Source: an uncultured cyanobacterium (lineage in GTDB: Bacteria > Cyanobacteriota > Cyanobacteriia > Cyanobacteriales > Nostocaceae). Taken from it: 64,000 nucleotides of DNA. The number at the start of each line of letters is the position of its first letter. Position 1 is the first letter of the stretch. Of this stretch, positions 48,555 through 59,057 are shown in pieces. Made by a program: the position numbers and the translations under genes. The notes under the pieces are model-generated. The model saw nothing but the letters and a program-made list of their open reading frames with translations. It searched no databases and was not told the DNA's origin. The DNA is taken from contig CAVUDP010000001.1 in NCBI GenBank assembly GCA_963740315.1, forward strand, positions 672,001 to 736,000, read 5' to 3'.

Positions 48555-50357
48555 CTAATCATTTTGAGGCTCGATCGCAAATTGAATTGTAAAAGTGGTT
48601 TTACCTGCTTGAGAGTCTAGTTGAATGGTTGCGCTTAAAAGTTCTACTAGTTTCTTGACTAAAGCTAATCCTATACCAGTTCCTCCGTGTTTCCAAGGGT
48701 CGTGAGATGGAATGCGATAAAATTTTTCAAAGATGGATTCTTGCTCTTCTAAGGGAATTTCTACTCCGGAATTAGTCACGCTCAACAAAACCGTTTTTTG
48801 TTTTTCTTGGGCTGTAACGGTAATTGTTTCTTTGGGTGGAGTATATTTACAGGCGTTAGTGAGTAGTTCGTTGATTACTCTTTCTAAGAGAATAACATCT
48901 GAGCTAATTAGAGATATTTCAGGAATGTCAATAATTAACCGCTGCTGTTGTCGTTGAATTTGTTCTTTAAAAGGCTCTACTAATTTGGGAATAAACGATC
49001 GCAAATCAATCAATTCAGGAATCAAAGTGGCATTTTCAGCATCAATATAACAAAGTGTGAGTAAGTCGCTAATTGATTTATTTTGTTGCTGGCAAGAATT
49101 TTTGAAAATTTTGAAGACGCGCTGAAATTTTTCAGATTCAATCTCCCGCGTTCCTTGAGTTGTAATTAATTTCTCCAAGGTTTGAGAAGCTAATAAAATA
49201 CTACTCATGGGAGTACGTAGTTCGTGAGAAATGGTTTTGAGAAAGTCATCTTTGAGAATATTAAGTTTTTCCAATTCCTTGACTTGGGCTTGAGCCTTTT
49301 CATAAAGTCGAGCTTGACGAACGGCGATCGCGCATTGATTGGCGACTTGTTCTACTAATCGAATTTCTAATTCATCGAATACTTCTTCTTTTAGTCTAAT
49401 TAACCAGATGTTTCCTAAAATACCGCGATCGTCATAAATAGGACAAACCAGTCGAGTGACTCGCCTTTTTTGGGGACTCAATTGGGGAATTCTTTCTACA
49501 AACTGTAATGACTGTTTGAGTAATAGCTGTTGATAAAGTTCGGGAAAATCTGCAATTTGTCTAGTTATTCCCTGGCTTTGAGGCTGCGTTACTGTATATT
49601 CATAAACAATAGTTGCAAATGTCTGGTGATTATCGTAAAGTTCGATTTTGCAACGTTCTATATCCAGCACTTCTCCCAATTCTTGGGTTACTTTTTTTAA
49701 TATCTGAGCTTCATCTAAACTGTCTCGAACTTTTTCCGTTATCCGTCTTATTAAAGCTTCAAACTTAACGGCTTTCTGTAGCTTGGTAGTACGATTTTGA
49801 ACCGTCGTTTCTAGATAGTTATTGAGACTTTGGAGTTGTCGATAAAGTTCGGCTTGTTGAACTGCAATTCCGACATAATTTGCTAGCCGCTTGAGCAATT
49901 CAACTTCTGACGAATCCCATTGATGAGGACATTTACAATGTTGAGCAATTAACAGTCCCCATAACTTATCTTCAGCGATAATTGACACTACTAAATTAGC
50001 TTTGACATCAAAAGTTGCTAATTTATCTATATGAATATTTTCTATTACTTTAATTCGTCCCTGGGTGTATTGTTCGATTTCTTTTGCTGTAAGACAGTGT
50101 TTAATCTTGGAATTAATAAGATTTTGATACGGTGCAACAACTGATTCGGCAACCATAATTCCGCTCCAGTCTGGTTCAAAACGATAGACTAATACCCTAT
50201 CTGTTTGCAGAAATAATCTAACTTCTTCTACGATTTCGTTGAGAATAGAATCTGAATCGAATGATTGCCGAATCCGCAGGGCGATCGCTCCTAACAATTT
50301 TTCCCGCTCTAAAGATGCAGATATTTTTTTGTAAGCTTCTGAGATGATTTCAGACAA
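48555..50357 (-). CDS. GAF-GAF sensor histidine kinase
   Basis: DRVLVYRF, LWGLLIAQHC GAF; second GAF; ISHELRTPM, ELLTNACKY, GGTGIGL. Confidence 0.9.
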   Translation of the reverse strand: MSEIISEAYKKISASLEREKLLGAIALRIRQSFDSDSILNEIVEEVRLFLQTDRVLVYRFEPDWSGIMVAESVVAPYQNLINSKIKHCLTAKEIEQYTQGRIKVIENIHIDKLATFDVKANLVVSIIAEDKLWGLLIAQHCKCPHQWDSSEVELLKRLANYVGIAVQQAELYRQLQSLNNYLETTVQNRTTKLQKAVKFEALIRRITEKVRDSLDEAQILKKVTQELGEVLDIERCKIELYDNHQTFATIVYEYTVTQPQSQGITRQIADFPELYQQLLLKQSLQFVERIPQLSPQKRRVTRLVCPIYDDRGILGNIWLIRLKEEVFDELEIRLVEQVANQCAIAVRQARLYEKAQAQVKELEKLNILKDDFLKTISHELRTPMSSILLASQTLEKLITTQGTREIESEKFQRVFKIFKNSCQQQNKSISDLLTLCYIDAENATLIPELIDLRSFIPKLVEPFKEQIQRQQQRLIIDIPEISLISSDVILLERVINELLTNACKYTPPKETITVTAQEKQKTVLLSVTNSGVEIPLEEQESIFEKFYRIPSHDPWKHGGTGIGLALVKKLVELLSATIQLDSQAGKTTFTIQFAIEPQND

Positions 50358-50757
50358 GAAAGATTACATCCACTATTTATAATATAATTGTTTGAAAATT
50401 TTATATTTTCTTTATTATTTTAACATTTAACTTAACAATTTACGATTTATTCAAAATCTATTTTTATGGAAGTTGAAATAGAGCTAAGTGTGAAGTTTAT
50501 CATCCGGCGCTTTGTTACCGCTGCTACACAAGCAAAACCCGCAGTAAGGCGGGTTGTAATATATAGGGCTAAAGAAGGTTTCTTCTATCGTTACGATCGC
50601 AACTAATCCCCCGATTAATTGGGGTGAATCGGAGTTCAAGTCCCCCTTAGAAAGGGCGATTTAGGGGGATCTTACGAGATGTGCGTACATATTAGCCGAT
50701 GCTTTGGAGAAGGATGCGGGGTGAGGTTTGCCTTTATTTTAGAAAAAAACCATATCT

Positions 50758-51972
50758 TTAGTCCAAAACCGCTAAAACAGATTTAGGTAATAACTTATCT
50801 TTAAACCAAACGATTTTTGCGGGGACATTATCTAATTTAACTCCGGCTTTATCTAAGTTTAAACGCTCGGAAATTGCTAAAATTAGATCGTTACGTTCGG
50901 CTGTTCTTACCTGATAAAATTTCTTTTGTAAATATTCAGGTCGCCAGTATCCAACTATTTCTAATAAATAGGTTCTACCGTCGGGATGAACTAAGCGAAA
51001 ATCGGGAATCATGACGCTACCGGGAATGGGAATTAAATCAACTTCACGCTCTAAGATCCATTCGGTTTTTGCTGAATTCCATTTATCGACAAAAGACGCT
51101 TCTAACATACTATCGTATTCTTTCCCCGGTGGATAGTGAGATACCAAACCGCATTCGGAATTAAGCGTAAAACGTCCGGTTTTCCAGTTACCCGAATAAA
51201 CATCGCGCATTTGCAACGTTGCTGCTAAATTCCATTTTGTGACGTGAAGTAAAGCCGGGATTAATTTGGCGATCGCTAATCCATATCTGGTACTAGGATT
51301 AAATAAACTCGTGGGACCATCAACTGTAATTGTAAACCCGTGGTCGGCATCTCCTTCGATATAAGACATTAATTGAAATAACTTAAGATAGCGAAATAAA
51401 ATCTTATATTCACCCGGAGTATTGCGGTGTGCGTTTATTATTAATTGACTGGCTTTATAAAAAATACCTTGAACTTGTGAAAGATTATATCTATGTAATA
51501 AAGCTTCGGGAGTCGGAGCATCAAAAGCCGTCAAAATCTTATTTTCAGTTAAGTCAGCATACAAACCTTTACTAACTTGTTCCGGTAAAACTTCCTTATC
51601 CAATTCGTGAGTTAATTCATCAGCAACTTTTCTTAAAGTAAACTTAGCAGTATCGCGACTGGCAACCGATTTTGCAGCACTAGCAAACACCCTTTCACGT
51701 AACATCGGAGGTTCCAAAGGGCTTACGACTTCAAAAGTCGAAAAACTGCTTTTAAGAATATAAGCCAAACCTCGTTTTATCTTATAATCCGTATTATCCC
51801 CTTCCATTTCCAAAAGCCGACGTTCAAGTTCACCGTATCGTTCGCCAACAGCTTTTTTATAGCAATCAATCAACTCAACCGCCAATTTTAAATTGAGTTT
51901 ATCAACAGACAAACGCTTCGGTATTATTTGTTCGCCATTTTGACGAAACATTAGTAAATCAGTTGGCAACAT
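50758..51972 (-). CDS. DUF790 family (Bax1-like) endonuclease
   Basis: YNLSQVQG, DGPTSLF..STRYG, YDSMLE..F, MIPDF...LLEIVGYW PD-(D/E)xK-like core. Confidence 0.88.
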   Translation of the reverse strand: MLPTDLLMFRQNGEQIIPKRLSVDKLNLKLAVELIDCYKKAVGERYGELERRLLEMEGDNTDYKIKRGLAYILKSSFSTFEVVSPLEPPMLRERVFASAAKSVASRDTAKFTLRKVADELTHELDKEVLPEQVSKGLYADLTENKILTAFDAPTPEALLHRYNLSQVQGIFYKASQLIINAHRNTPGEYKILFRYLKLFQLMSYIEGDADHGFTITVDGPTSLFNPSTRYGLAIAKLIPALLHVTKWNLAATLQMRDVYSGNWKTGRFTLNSECGLVSHYPPGKEYDSMLEASFVDKWNSAKTEWILEREVDLIPIPGSVMIPDFRLVHPDGRTYLLEIVGYWRPEYLQKKFYQVRTAERNDLILAISERLNLDKAGVKLDNVPAKIVWFKDKLLPKSVLAVLD

Positions 51973-52147
51973 TTTCAGTTATCAGTAAGCAGTGAGCAGT
52001 TATGCAGAGGGGGAGAGGGGGTAGAGGGGGTAGAGGGGGTAGAAAAAATTCATCAATATTAACTCTTAATTTTTAACTGTGAATTTAAAATCTAAAATCA
52101 AATAATTCCAAAATCTTAAATAACTCCTAACTCCTAACTCCTAACAA

Positions 52148-52342
52148 TTATTGGAAGTCTGTCTCTTCAATTATTTCCAATGCATAAAAAAGTGCTGCAT
52201 CTGCATCGGTAAGGGTAGTGCTACCATTTTTAGTCAGATGCTTATTGATATCTCTCCAAGCATTTGGATGAGTCTTCCTAAACTTTTGTAATGCATCGAA
52301 AACTGAGCGTAAATCCTGATGTAACTCTTGTTTTTTGTTCAT
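52148..52342 (-). CDS. Small hypothetical protein
   Basis: 64-aa ATG-initiated ORF, co-oriented between the helicase and DUF790 genes. Confidence 0.55.
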   Translation of the reverse strand: MNKKQELHQDLRSVFDALQKFRKTHPNAWRDINKHLTKNGSTTLTDADAALFYALEIIEETDFQ

Positions 52343-52427
52343 GATGCAATTGGTAATTGGTAATTGTTAATTATAAATTTTTCTTCCCCCTCTCCCCCCT
52401 CTACCCCCTCTACCCCCTCTACCCCCT

Positions 52428-53948
52428 CTAATCTTCATCATCCCAAATATTCATCTGCTTATTCCGAGTCTTATACTTACTATCCGTTGTCTTCTCTGCT
52501 GCTTTGTAACTTTTTCCTCCTCCACTTCCGTAAACAACCTGTAACCCGTTTCCATCTCTGCGTTTGTGGCTAGAAGGTTTTTCAACTCCTCTCCGCCTTT
52601 CTGATGTCCTTTCTTCACTGGTATCTTCCGCAACGACTTCGTATAAAATTGCGTGTTTGTTCTTGGTATTCCCTTTCCTCAACACTCTTCCCAATCTTTG
52701 AATATATTCCCTTGCCGAACCCGTACCAGATAATATAATTGCAATGCTCGCTGCGGGTACGTCTACGCCTTCGTTCAATACGTGGGAGGCTACGAGGGAT
52801 TTGTATTCACCTTCTTTAAATTTAGTTAGTATTGCGTGTCTTTCTTTTACCGGGGTTTGATGGGTTATGGCGGGAATCAAAAATTGATTGGAAATTCGAT
52901 AAACTGTGTTGTTATCGGCGGTAAAAATTAACACTCGCTCTGGATAATGTTTTGCTAATAAATCGGCTAAAATTCTAATTTTTCCATCGGTACCTAAAGC
53001 GATTTCTTTGGCTTCGCGATGGGCTAACATGGCGCGTCTTCCTTGTGGCGATCGCGCACTCATCTGTACGAATCTTTGCCAACCTTGAATGCTTCCCAAG
53101 GAGATTTTTGAGTCTTTTAAAAAATCGTTGCGGGTTTGCATCAATTCGCTGTATCTTTCTCGCTCTAGCTGGGATAATTTAACTTTAATTTGGACGATTT
53201 CGTGTTCTGCTAAAGCTTTTCCGGCTAAATCTTCGGCTCTTTTACGATATACTTCCCTACCAATAAGATAGTTCAAATCGGCGTGTTTTCCGTCGGTTCG
53301 TTCTGGTGTTGCAGAAAGTCCTAATCGATAAGGTGCGATCGCAAATTCGGCGATAACTCGATTAAAATCTGTTGGTAAATGATGACACTCATCAAAAATT
53401 ATCAAAGCATATTGATTTCCTAACGTTTCTGCATGAATCGCCGCACTATCATAAGTAGAAACTAGTATAGGCGTGCGATCGCGACTGCCTCCACCGAGTA
53501 AACCTATTTTGACATCGGGAAAAGCGGCTTCTAAATGAGCGTACCATTGATGCATTAAATCTAAAGTTGGTACCACAATCAACGTCGTGCGTGGCGTAGA
53601 TTCCATCGCCAACTGTGCCAAATAAGTTTTCCCGGCGGCGGTAGGAAGCACGACAACCCCCTGTCTTTTTGCTAACTTCCAAGCCTTTAAAGCTTCACTT
53701 TGATGGGGATAAGGCTCCATTACCAAACCGGGCATCATTTCTACAGGATAGAATTCCTTAGCCTCATCAATAAAATCGGTTGATTCCGCTTGTAAAGCTT
53801 CCACCAAACGACGGTATTCGATCGCCTTGATGCGGAATTTTTCTACGCGATCGTCCCATGTTGCAAAATCCATCCATGCCCTGCCCCGTGGCGGTGGATG
53901 CAAAATTAAGGTACCGCGATTAAATGTTAGTTTTGGTATGCGACCCAT
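52428..53948 (-). CDS. XPB/Rad25-like SF2 DNA helicase
   Basis: PYPHQ Q-motif, PTAAGKT, IFDECHH, LGLSATP, LNEGVDVP, YIQRLGRVLR. Confidence 0.92.
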   Translation of the reverse strand: MGRIPKLTFNRGTLILHPPPRGRAWMDFATWDDRVEKFRIKAIEYRRLVEALQAESTDFIDEAKEFYPVEMMPGLVMEPYPHQSEALKAWKLAKRQGVVVLPTAAGKTYLAQLAMESTPRTTLIVVPTLDLMHQWYAHLEAAFPDVKIGLLGGGSRDRTPILVSTYDSAAIHAETLGNQYALIIFDECHHLPTDFNRVIAEFAIAPYRLGLSATPERTDGKHADLNYLIGREVYRKRAEDLAGKALAEHEIVQIKVKLSQLERERYSELMQTRNDFLKDSKISLGSIQGWQRFVQMSARSPQGRRAMLAHREAKEIALGTDGKIRILADLLAKHYPERVLIFTADNNTVYRISNQFLIPAITHQTPVKERHAILTKFKEGEYKSLVASHVLNEGVDVPAASIAIILSGTGSAREYIQRLGRVLRKGNTKNKHAILYEVVAEDTSEERTSERRRGVEKPSSHKRRDGNGLQVVYGSGGGKSYKAAEKTTDSKYKTRNKQMNIWDDED

Positions 53949-54528
53949 TTAGAGTTTACCCAACTCTTTGATATTTTTACTAATAACCTAAAACGGTGCA
54001 TTATTAATTACTAAAGCCAAAATTAAACTCAAAGAATCTGCGAGCTATTCAGAAAATATACATAACTATTCGATAAAATATGTTTCTTATCTAACCCAGA
54101 CAAATATTCAAAATACTTAAATTAATCTTATTTTTCGCAATCCTATGTCGTGTCGATCGCCAGAATTTGAACTATTGAGAAACCCGGCATTGTTAAAAAA
54201 CACCGAGTTTCTGAACGATCGCAAATTATTTAGCTATTAGTGGCGTGTTAGCGTGAATGGTAACGCACCATTAGGTAAAAATTTGATGCATTACGACATT
54301 CTGTCTAACACACTCTACTTAACTTAACACTTCATAACGTTTACAAACAGATCCTGCTTAAAAATAATTAGGATAGGTAAAAATCTCAAACTCTTATGCG
54401 AACGTACTTTCATCATCTAAAATTTCAAAAAAAAGCATCGGCTGTTAAAATTTAAAACTATTAGCCAGACAGTTAATTAACAATTAAAATTAGAATTAAT
54501 AACCAAGCTCATTATAATTATTACTAAA

Positions 54529-56367
54529 GTGTCTGAATTGCCATTACGGGATAAATATCTAGCTTTAATCGATGAAATTGTCCAAGCCACCCTCAAGGGC
54601 AAAATTAGTTCGCAAGCACAAGTGTATCAAATGCTGCTCAAGGGAGTTACCGTAGGAACGGGAGAAGTATTTGAATTGGTTTTGAGCGAAAATTTGGATT
54701 CTACTCAACAAGAAGTGGATGCTCAAACTGATGAATTAAAAAAAGCCAAAGCTACCCGTAGTTTGAGAGCATTAAAGACAATTCAAACTCAATGGAAACG
54801 AGTAGAAGAACAAAATAAAGCTACAGAATCAATTTTATCTGCTGCCAGAGAAATTACCACAGCACCAGAAAACGAACGTCTGGCGATATTTTTGGGCGTT
54901 ACCAATCCCAACCGCAAGCATCCTTTGAATCAAAAACAACTCCAGCAACTTGCAAAATCCTTGCAGAAAAATGCGGAAACTTTTAAATTAGATTATTTAT
55001 CAGAATTTTCTCAAGGTATCGATCGCGGCATAAGTTCGTGGGGAAAAGTGCAACAGCATCTGATAAGCTGGATGTACGAACAAAATCGCGGATCGATAGG
55101 ATTTGGTGGAGTACCCGGAGAAACTGGACCTTGGGCAACTTGGGGAAAACAAGTTGATGGAGAGTTTAGTAAAGAGTTATTTCGTACTTTAGCGAAACTT
55201 GAATCTCCCATCGAATTTGCTCAAAGTCACCGTAGTATCAACCTCAGCGATTGGGTTGAATTAACGTTAATTTTGCAATCGTTGCAGCGAGGATTAGTTA
55301 ATTGGTTTGACCAACAAGCTTACAACATAAAAGCCGGTTCAAACCTATCAATTTCAACTTATTTAACCTTTTCCGTGATTTGGAGTCAGTTAGGAAACGG
55401 TTTTGGTGCGGATACTTCCTACGGCAGCGCTGCATGGCAGGTAGTGTTACAAATATTGCGTAATTTTTCTCAAAGACCGTATTTTCCCTTGTATGGTGGA
55501 ATCTTCGCTTCTTTTTCCGGTGATTATTTAAAAGATGCACTTTCCTATTTAGATGAACCTTTAAGAAGAGTTGAAGGAACCCAGGAAAAAGCCAGAATTT
55601 TGACAATTTTGGGTTATTCTCAAAGAGCATTAGGACAATATGAAAGTTCGGTCAAATTTCATCAAGAAGCTTTAGAAATAGCTCGTAATGCAGAAGATAA
55701 AGCTTGCGAAATTGCCAACTTAAATCATCTCAGTCGTACTTATGTTGACCAAAAAAATTACACCGAAGCGATAAATAATTCTCAGCGAGCATTGATATTA
55801 AGCAGACAAGCAGGTGATAAAATTTCTGAGGCAAACGCTTTAGCTAATTTGGGTTATAGCGAAGTAATGCAGGCTCAATCGGAAGAAGCAGAAGCAGATT
55901 ATGAAATGGCGATAAATTATCTGCAACAAGGTTTGAATTTATCGGAAAAATTAGGCGATTTGCAAAGTAAAGCTTTATGTTTGAGTAGTTTAGGAGTAGC
56001 TTATATTGTTACCGAACAAGCTTCAAAGGCAATTAAGCATTTAGAAGAAGGTTTTAAGACAGCGCAAACTTCCGGAGATTTGTATTTGCAGGGTTTAAAT
56101 TTAACGAATTTAGCCGAAGCAAATTACAGTTTAGCTAATTTTGAAAGAGCGATTTATACAGCTTCATTAGGAATGTATATACTCAATCAAATAGCTTCGC
56201 GAGAATGGCACAAACCAGCGAGATTGCTATCAATTTTACAAAATCAGTTGGGAGATGATGGTTTTAAAACATCATTAGGAAATAATCGTCCCAAAATGAT
56301 TTCTATTATTGGCGTGGATGGTTACGATCATATTCCCCAGTTGATAGAAGAATATAATAATTCTTGA
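54529..56367 (+). CDS. Tetratricopeptide repeat protein
   Basis: C-terminal TPRs (LGYSQRALGQYESS...EALEIAR, ANALANLG); GTG start. Confidence 0.85.
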   Translation: MSELPLRDKYLALIDEIVQATLKGKISSQAQVYQMLLKGVTVGTGEVFELVLSENLDSTQQEVDAQTDELKKAKATRSLRALKTIQTQWKRVEEQNKATESILSAAREITTAPENERLAIFLGVTNPNRKHPLNQKQLQQLAKSLQKNAETFKLDYLSEFSQGIDRGISSWGKVQQHLISWMYEQNRGSIGFGGVPGETGPWATWGKQVDGEFSKELFRTLAKLESPIEFAQSHRSINLSDWVELTLILQSLQRGLVNWFDQQAYNIKAGSNLSISTYLTFSVIWSQLGNGFGADTSYGSAAWQVVLQILRNFSQRPYFPLYGGIFASFSGDYLKDALSYLDEPLRRVEGTQEKARILTILGYSQRALGQYESSVKFHQEALEIARNAEDKACEIANLNHLSRTYVDQKNYTEAINNSQRALILSRQAGDKISEANALANLGYSEVMQAQSEEAEADYEMAINYLQQGLNLSEKLGDLQSKALCLSSLGVAYIVTEQASKAIKHLEEGFKTAQTSGDLYLQGLNLTNLAEANYSLANFERAIYTASLGMYILNQIASREWHKPARLLSILQNQLGDDGFKTSLGNNRPKMISIIGVDGYDHIPQLIEEYNNS

Positions 56368-56758
56368 TTGGTAATTATGTAGGGTGTGTTACGACATCGA
56401 AATAATTTGCTGGAGGTTATAAATTTGTAGGGTGTGTTACGACATCGAAATAATTTGTTAGAGGCGATCGATTTGGGTATTCGTAACGCACCATTTAACT
56501 TCGTAGAAAAACCTGAATATTTTCAAATAATTTTTCCTCTTCTGTTAAAACTCTTATGTGATAAGCATGCTTTCCTGCCATGAAGAAACTTGCTTTTTTG
56601 TCAAAACCGGGTTTCTTAATCCTCACGAATGTCGAGATGTTGGGTAGCACGTTAAACAATTAATAATGGTGCGTTGCGCTCCGCGACAACACACCCTACA
56701 CTTGTTCTTAATTAAAAACCCAAAACAATCGCATCCGTTATTAAAACCTAAAATTGAA

Positions 56759-57730
56759 ATGACTAAAATAATCCTAGACACAGACCCCGGTGGTGATGAT
56801 ATATTCGCTTTATTATGGCTGCTAAGTTTACAAAAACAAGGTTTAGCGGAATTAATCGCAGTTACCACCGCTGAAGGTAATATCAATTCTAAATTAACTT
56901 TTATTAATGCTAGTAAAGTTTTAAGTTTAGGGGGATTTGAACAAGTAGAATTAGCACGAGGAGTAACGGTAAAAAATCCTCAAGCCGATGCTGCTTATAT
57001 TCACGGTATGGATGGGATGGGTAATATTTCTGATGATTTACCCGCAGCTAAACATGATTTTGATAAAGCTGTTTATTCGGATGAATTAATTATAGATAAA
57101 CTTAACGCTCATCCTGGAGAAATTACCATCCTCGCAGTTGCACCTTTAACTAATTTAGCAGCTGCTGAAATCAAAAGTCCCGGTATTTTAAAAAAAGCGA
57201 AAGAAATTGTGATCATGGGAGGTGCTTTTAAAGTTCCAGGAAACGTTACTCCCCATGCTGAATTTAATATTTTTTATAACTCGGAAGCAGCAGAAAAAGT
57301 ATTTGCTAGCTGCAATAATATTGTAGTTTTACCTTTAGATATCACCGAAAAATTAATTTTTACCCCTGAAATGGCTGAAGATATTAGTAGTAATTCCCAA
57401 AGTAATTTAACCGAGTTTATATCCGATTTATGTAAGTTTATGACAGCAGCGAATCTACGCTATCGTCAAACTAAAGGAATAAAAGGTTTTCTCGTTCATG
57501 ATGGTGCTGCTGTTGCCTATCTTTTTTATCCCGAAACTCTACTCTTTCGTCGCGCTCAAGTAGATATTGAAACTAAAGGCGATCGCACTTTGGGAAAAAC
57601 TCTTTTTGATGAGAGATTTACCGCTAAAATTAATGCTAATGCTTGGGTTGCGCTACAGGTTGAGAAGGAAGGTTTGTTGGCTAGTTTGCTTGAAGATTTT
57701 AACTTTTTGTGTATGCAAGATGGATTTTAA
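56759..57730 (+). CDS. Inosine/uridine-preferring nucleoside hydrolase
   Basis: DTDPGGDD, IHGMDGMG, APLTNLA, IMGGA, GNVTPHAEFNI, VHD. Start at MTKIILD. Confidence 0.93.
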   Translation: MTKIILDTDPGGDDIFALLWLLSLQKQGLAELIAVTTAEGNINSKLTFINASKVLSLGGFEQVELARGVTVKNPQADAAYIHGMDGMGNISDDLPAAKHDFDKAVYSDELIIDKLNAHPGEITILAVAPLTNLAAAEIKSPGILKKAKEIVIMGGAFKVPGNVTPHAEFNIFYNSEAAEKVFASCNNIVVLPLDITEKLIFTPEMAEDISSNSQSNLTEFISDLCKFMTAANLRYRQTKGIKGFLVHDGAAVAYLFYPETLLFRRAQVDIETKGDRTLGKTLFDERFTAKINANAWVALQVEKEGLLASLLEDFNFLCMQDGF

Positions 57731-58002
57731 ACGCAAAGGTTTAAAAAAGAATAATATTAACCGTAAATATTTAGTTAACTGTATTTAATAAAACTTTACT
57801 TATACTGATATCGCGAGTAAAAGTATAAGTATTTGCCTCGATCGTAATCAAGAAAGGTTGATAATTAAATAATTAGTATGCCTTTAAGGGTAGTTATAGC
57901 CGCTGCTAAATATACTATAGGATGATGTCAAAATGCTTATTTACAGAATAAATTAAATAAGTGAGATGTAAGTTAGTTTAATAAAGTTATGTACATCGAA
58001 TT

Positions 58003-59019
58003 ATGAAAACGCTTGTATCGCATTATCAAAAAATCAAGGAAAAACTGAAGTCTCGTTTAGAAGCTGCAAACGCGGTAGAAGAAGTTGTTAAAATAGTCGA
58101 AGATGAAATCAACCAACTTACAGACCTTAATGGTGAATATATCAAAGAATTGACTCCACCGCAAGCACGCCTTGCGAGAAATATGTTAGAAGGGATGAAG
58201 CAAAATATTCAAATATTAACTTCGGTAGAATTAGAAGATTTAATTGTAAATATTCCCGAAAAAGCTTTTGATATTTCCGAAGTTCAAGCAGAGTTGAATA
58301 AAAATATTTTATCACCTTTGAATAATGCTATTCAAACTCAAAGAACTATTCAAAATTGGACATCCCCTAGTTATTATAAACAGATATTTTTACAACCATT
58401 ACAAAAAAGTCGCGTAGTTGTTAGTAGCTTACTCGCAGCAGGTTTGGCAGGAACTTTGGAAGGAGGAATAACTTGGGGTTTGGTGGGAGCGGCAATCGGT
58501 TTAATCAGCGGAGGTGTATTTAGTAAGGTTGTTAAACAAAAGCAATTACGGGAGAATACACAACTAAATTCTCAGAATGAACCTATTCAAAATCAAACCA
58601 AAATATCTATAAATATTAATAAATTGCTTAATTATTTGTACCATAATTTTCAATCGATAGACCAAACAATTGCTGGTTACGGTGCAAAAGAAGAAAAAAC
58701 CAATCAACCCGATTTAGAAAGTAATTTAGATTTATTAGAATATCTCCAAGAATTAATGGCAGATGCGCTAGATGAAGAAACTCAACTACCAATTACAGTA
58801 CGCAGACGCATCGAACAAGCCATCACAATTTTAAGACGTTATGGAATTGAAGCCAAGGTATATCAACCGGATTTAGAAGCAAATAAAGCTTGGAATATGT
58901 TTTATTTTGAACCAAGTATCGATCCAAATATTACCGATTACGTGACGCTAAAACACGCTTTTGTCAAAGATGAAAAAGTGTTGTTACCGGGAAGCGTCAT
59001 CGAACCTTCATCTAATTGA
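58003..59019 (+). CDS. Membrane-anchored hypothetical protein with GrpE-like C-terminus
   Basis: Coiled N-terminus, Gly-rich TM (LLAAGLAGTLEGGITWGLVGAAIGLISGGVF), tail ILRRYGIE...VTLKHAFVKDEKVLLPGSV resembling the GrpE beta-domain. Confidence 0.6.
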   Translation: MKTLVSHYQKIKEKLKSRLEAANAVEEVVKIVEDEINQLTDLNGEYIKELTPPQARLARNMLEGMKQNIQILTSVELEDLIVNIPEKAFDISEVQAELNKNILSPLNNAIQTQRTIQNWTSPSYYKQIFLQPLQKSRVVVSSLLAAGLAGTLEGGITWGLVGAAIGLISGGVFSKVVKQKQLRENTQLNSQNEPIQNQTKISININKLLNYLYHNFQSIDQTIAGYGAKEEKTNQPDLESNLDLLEYLQELMADALDEETQLPITVRRRIEQAITILRRYGIEAKVYQPDLEANKAWNMFYFEPSIDPNITDYVTLKHAFVKDEKVLLPGSVIEPSSN

Positions 59020-59057
59020 TTTAATAAAAATAAAGAATTAGGAGATAATATAAAAAA

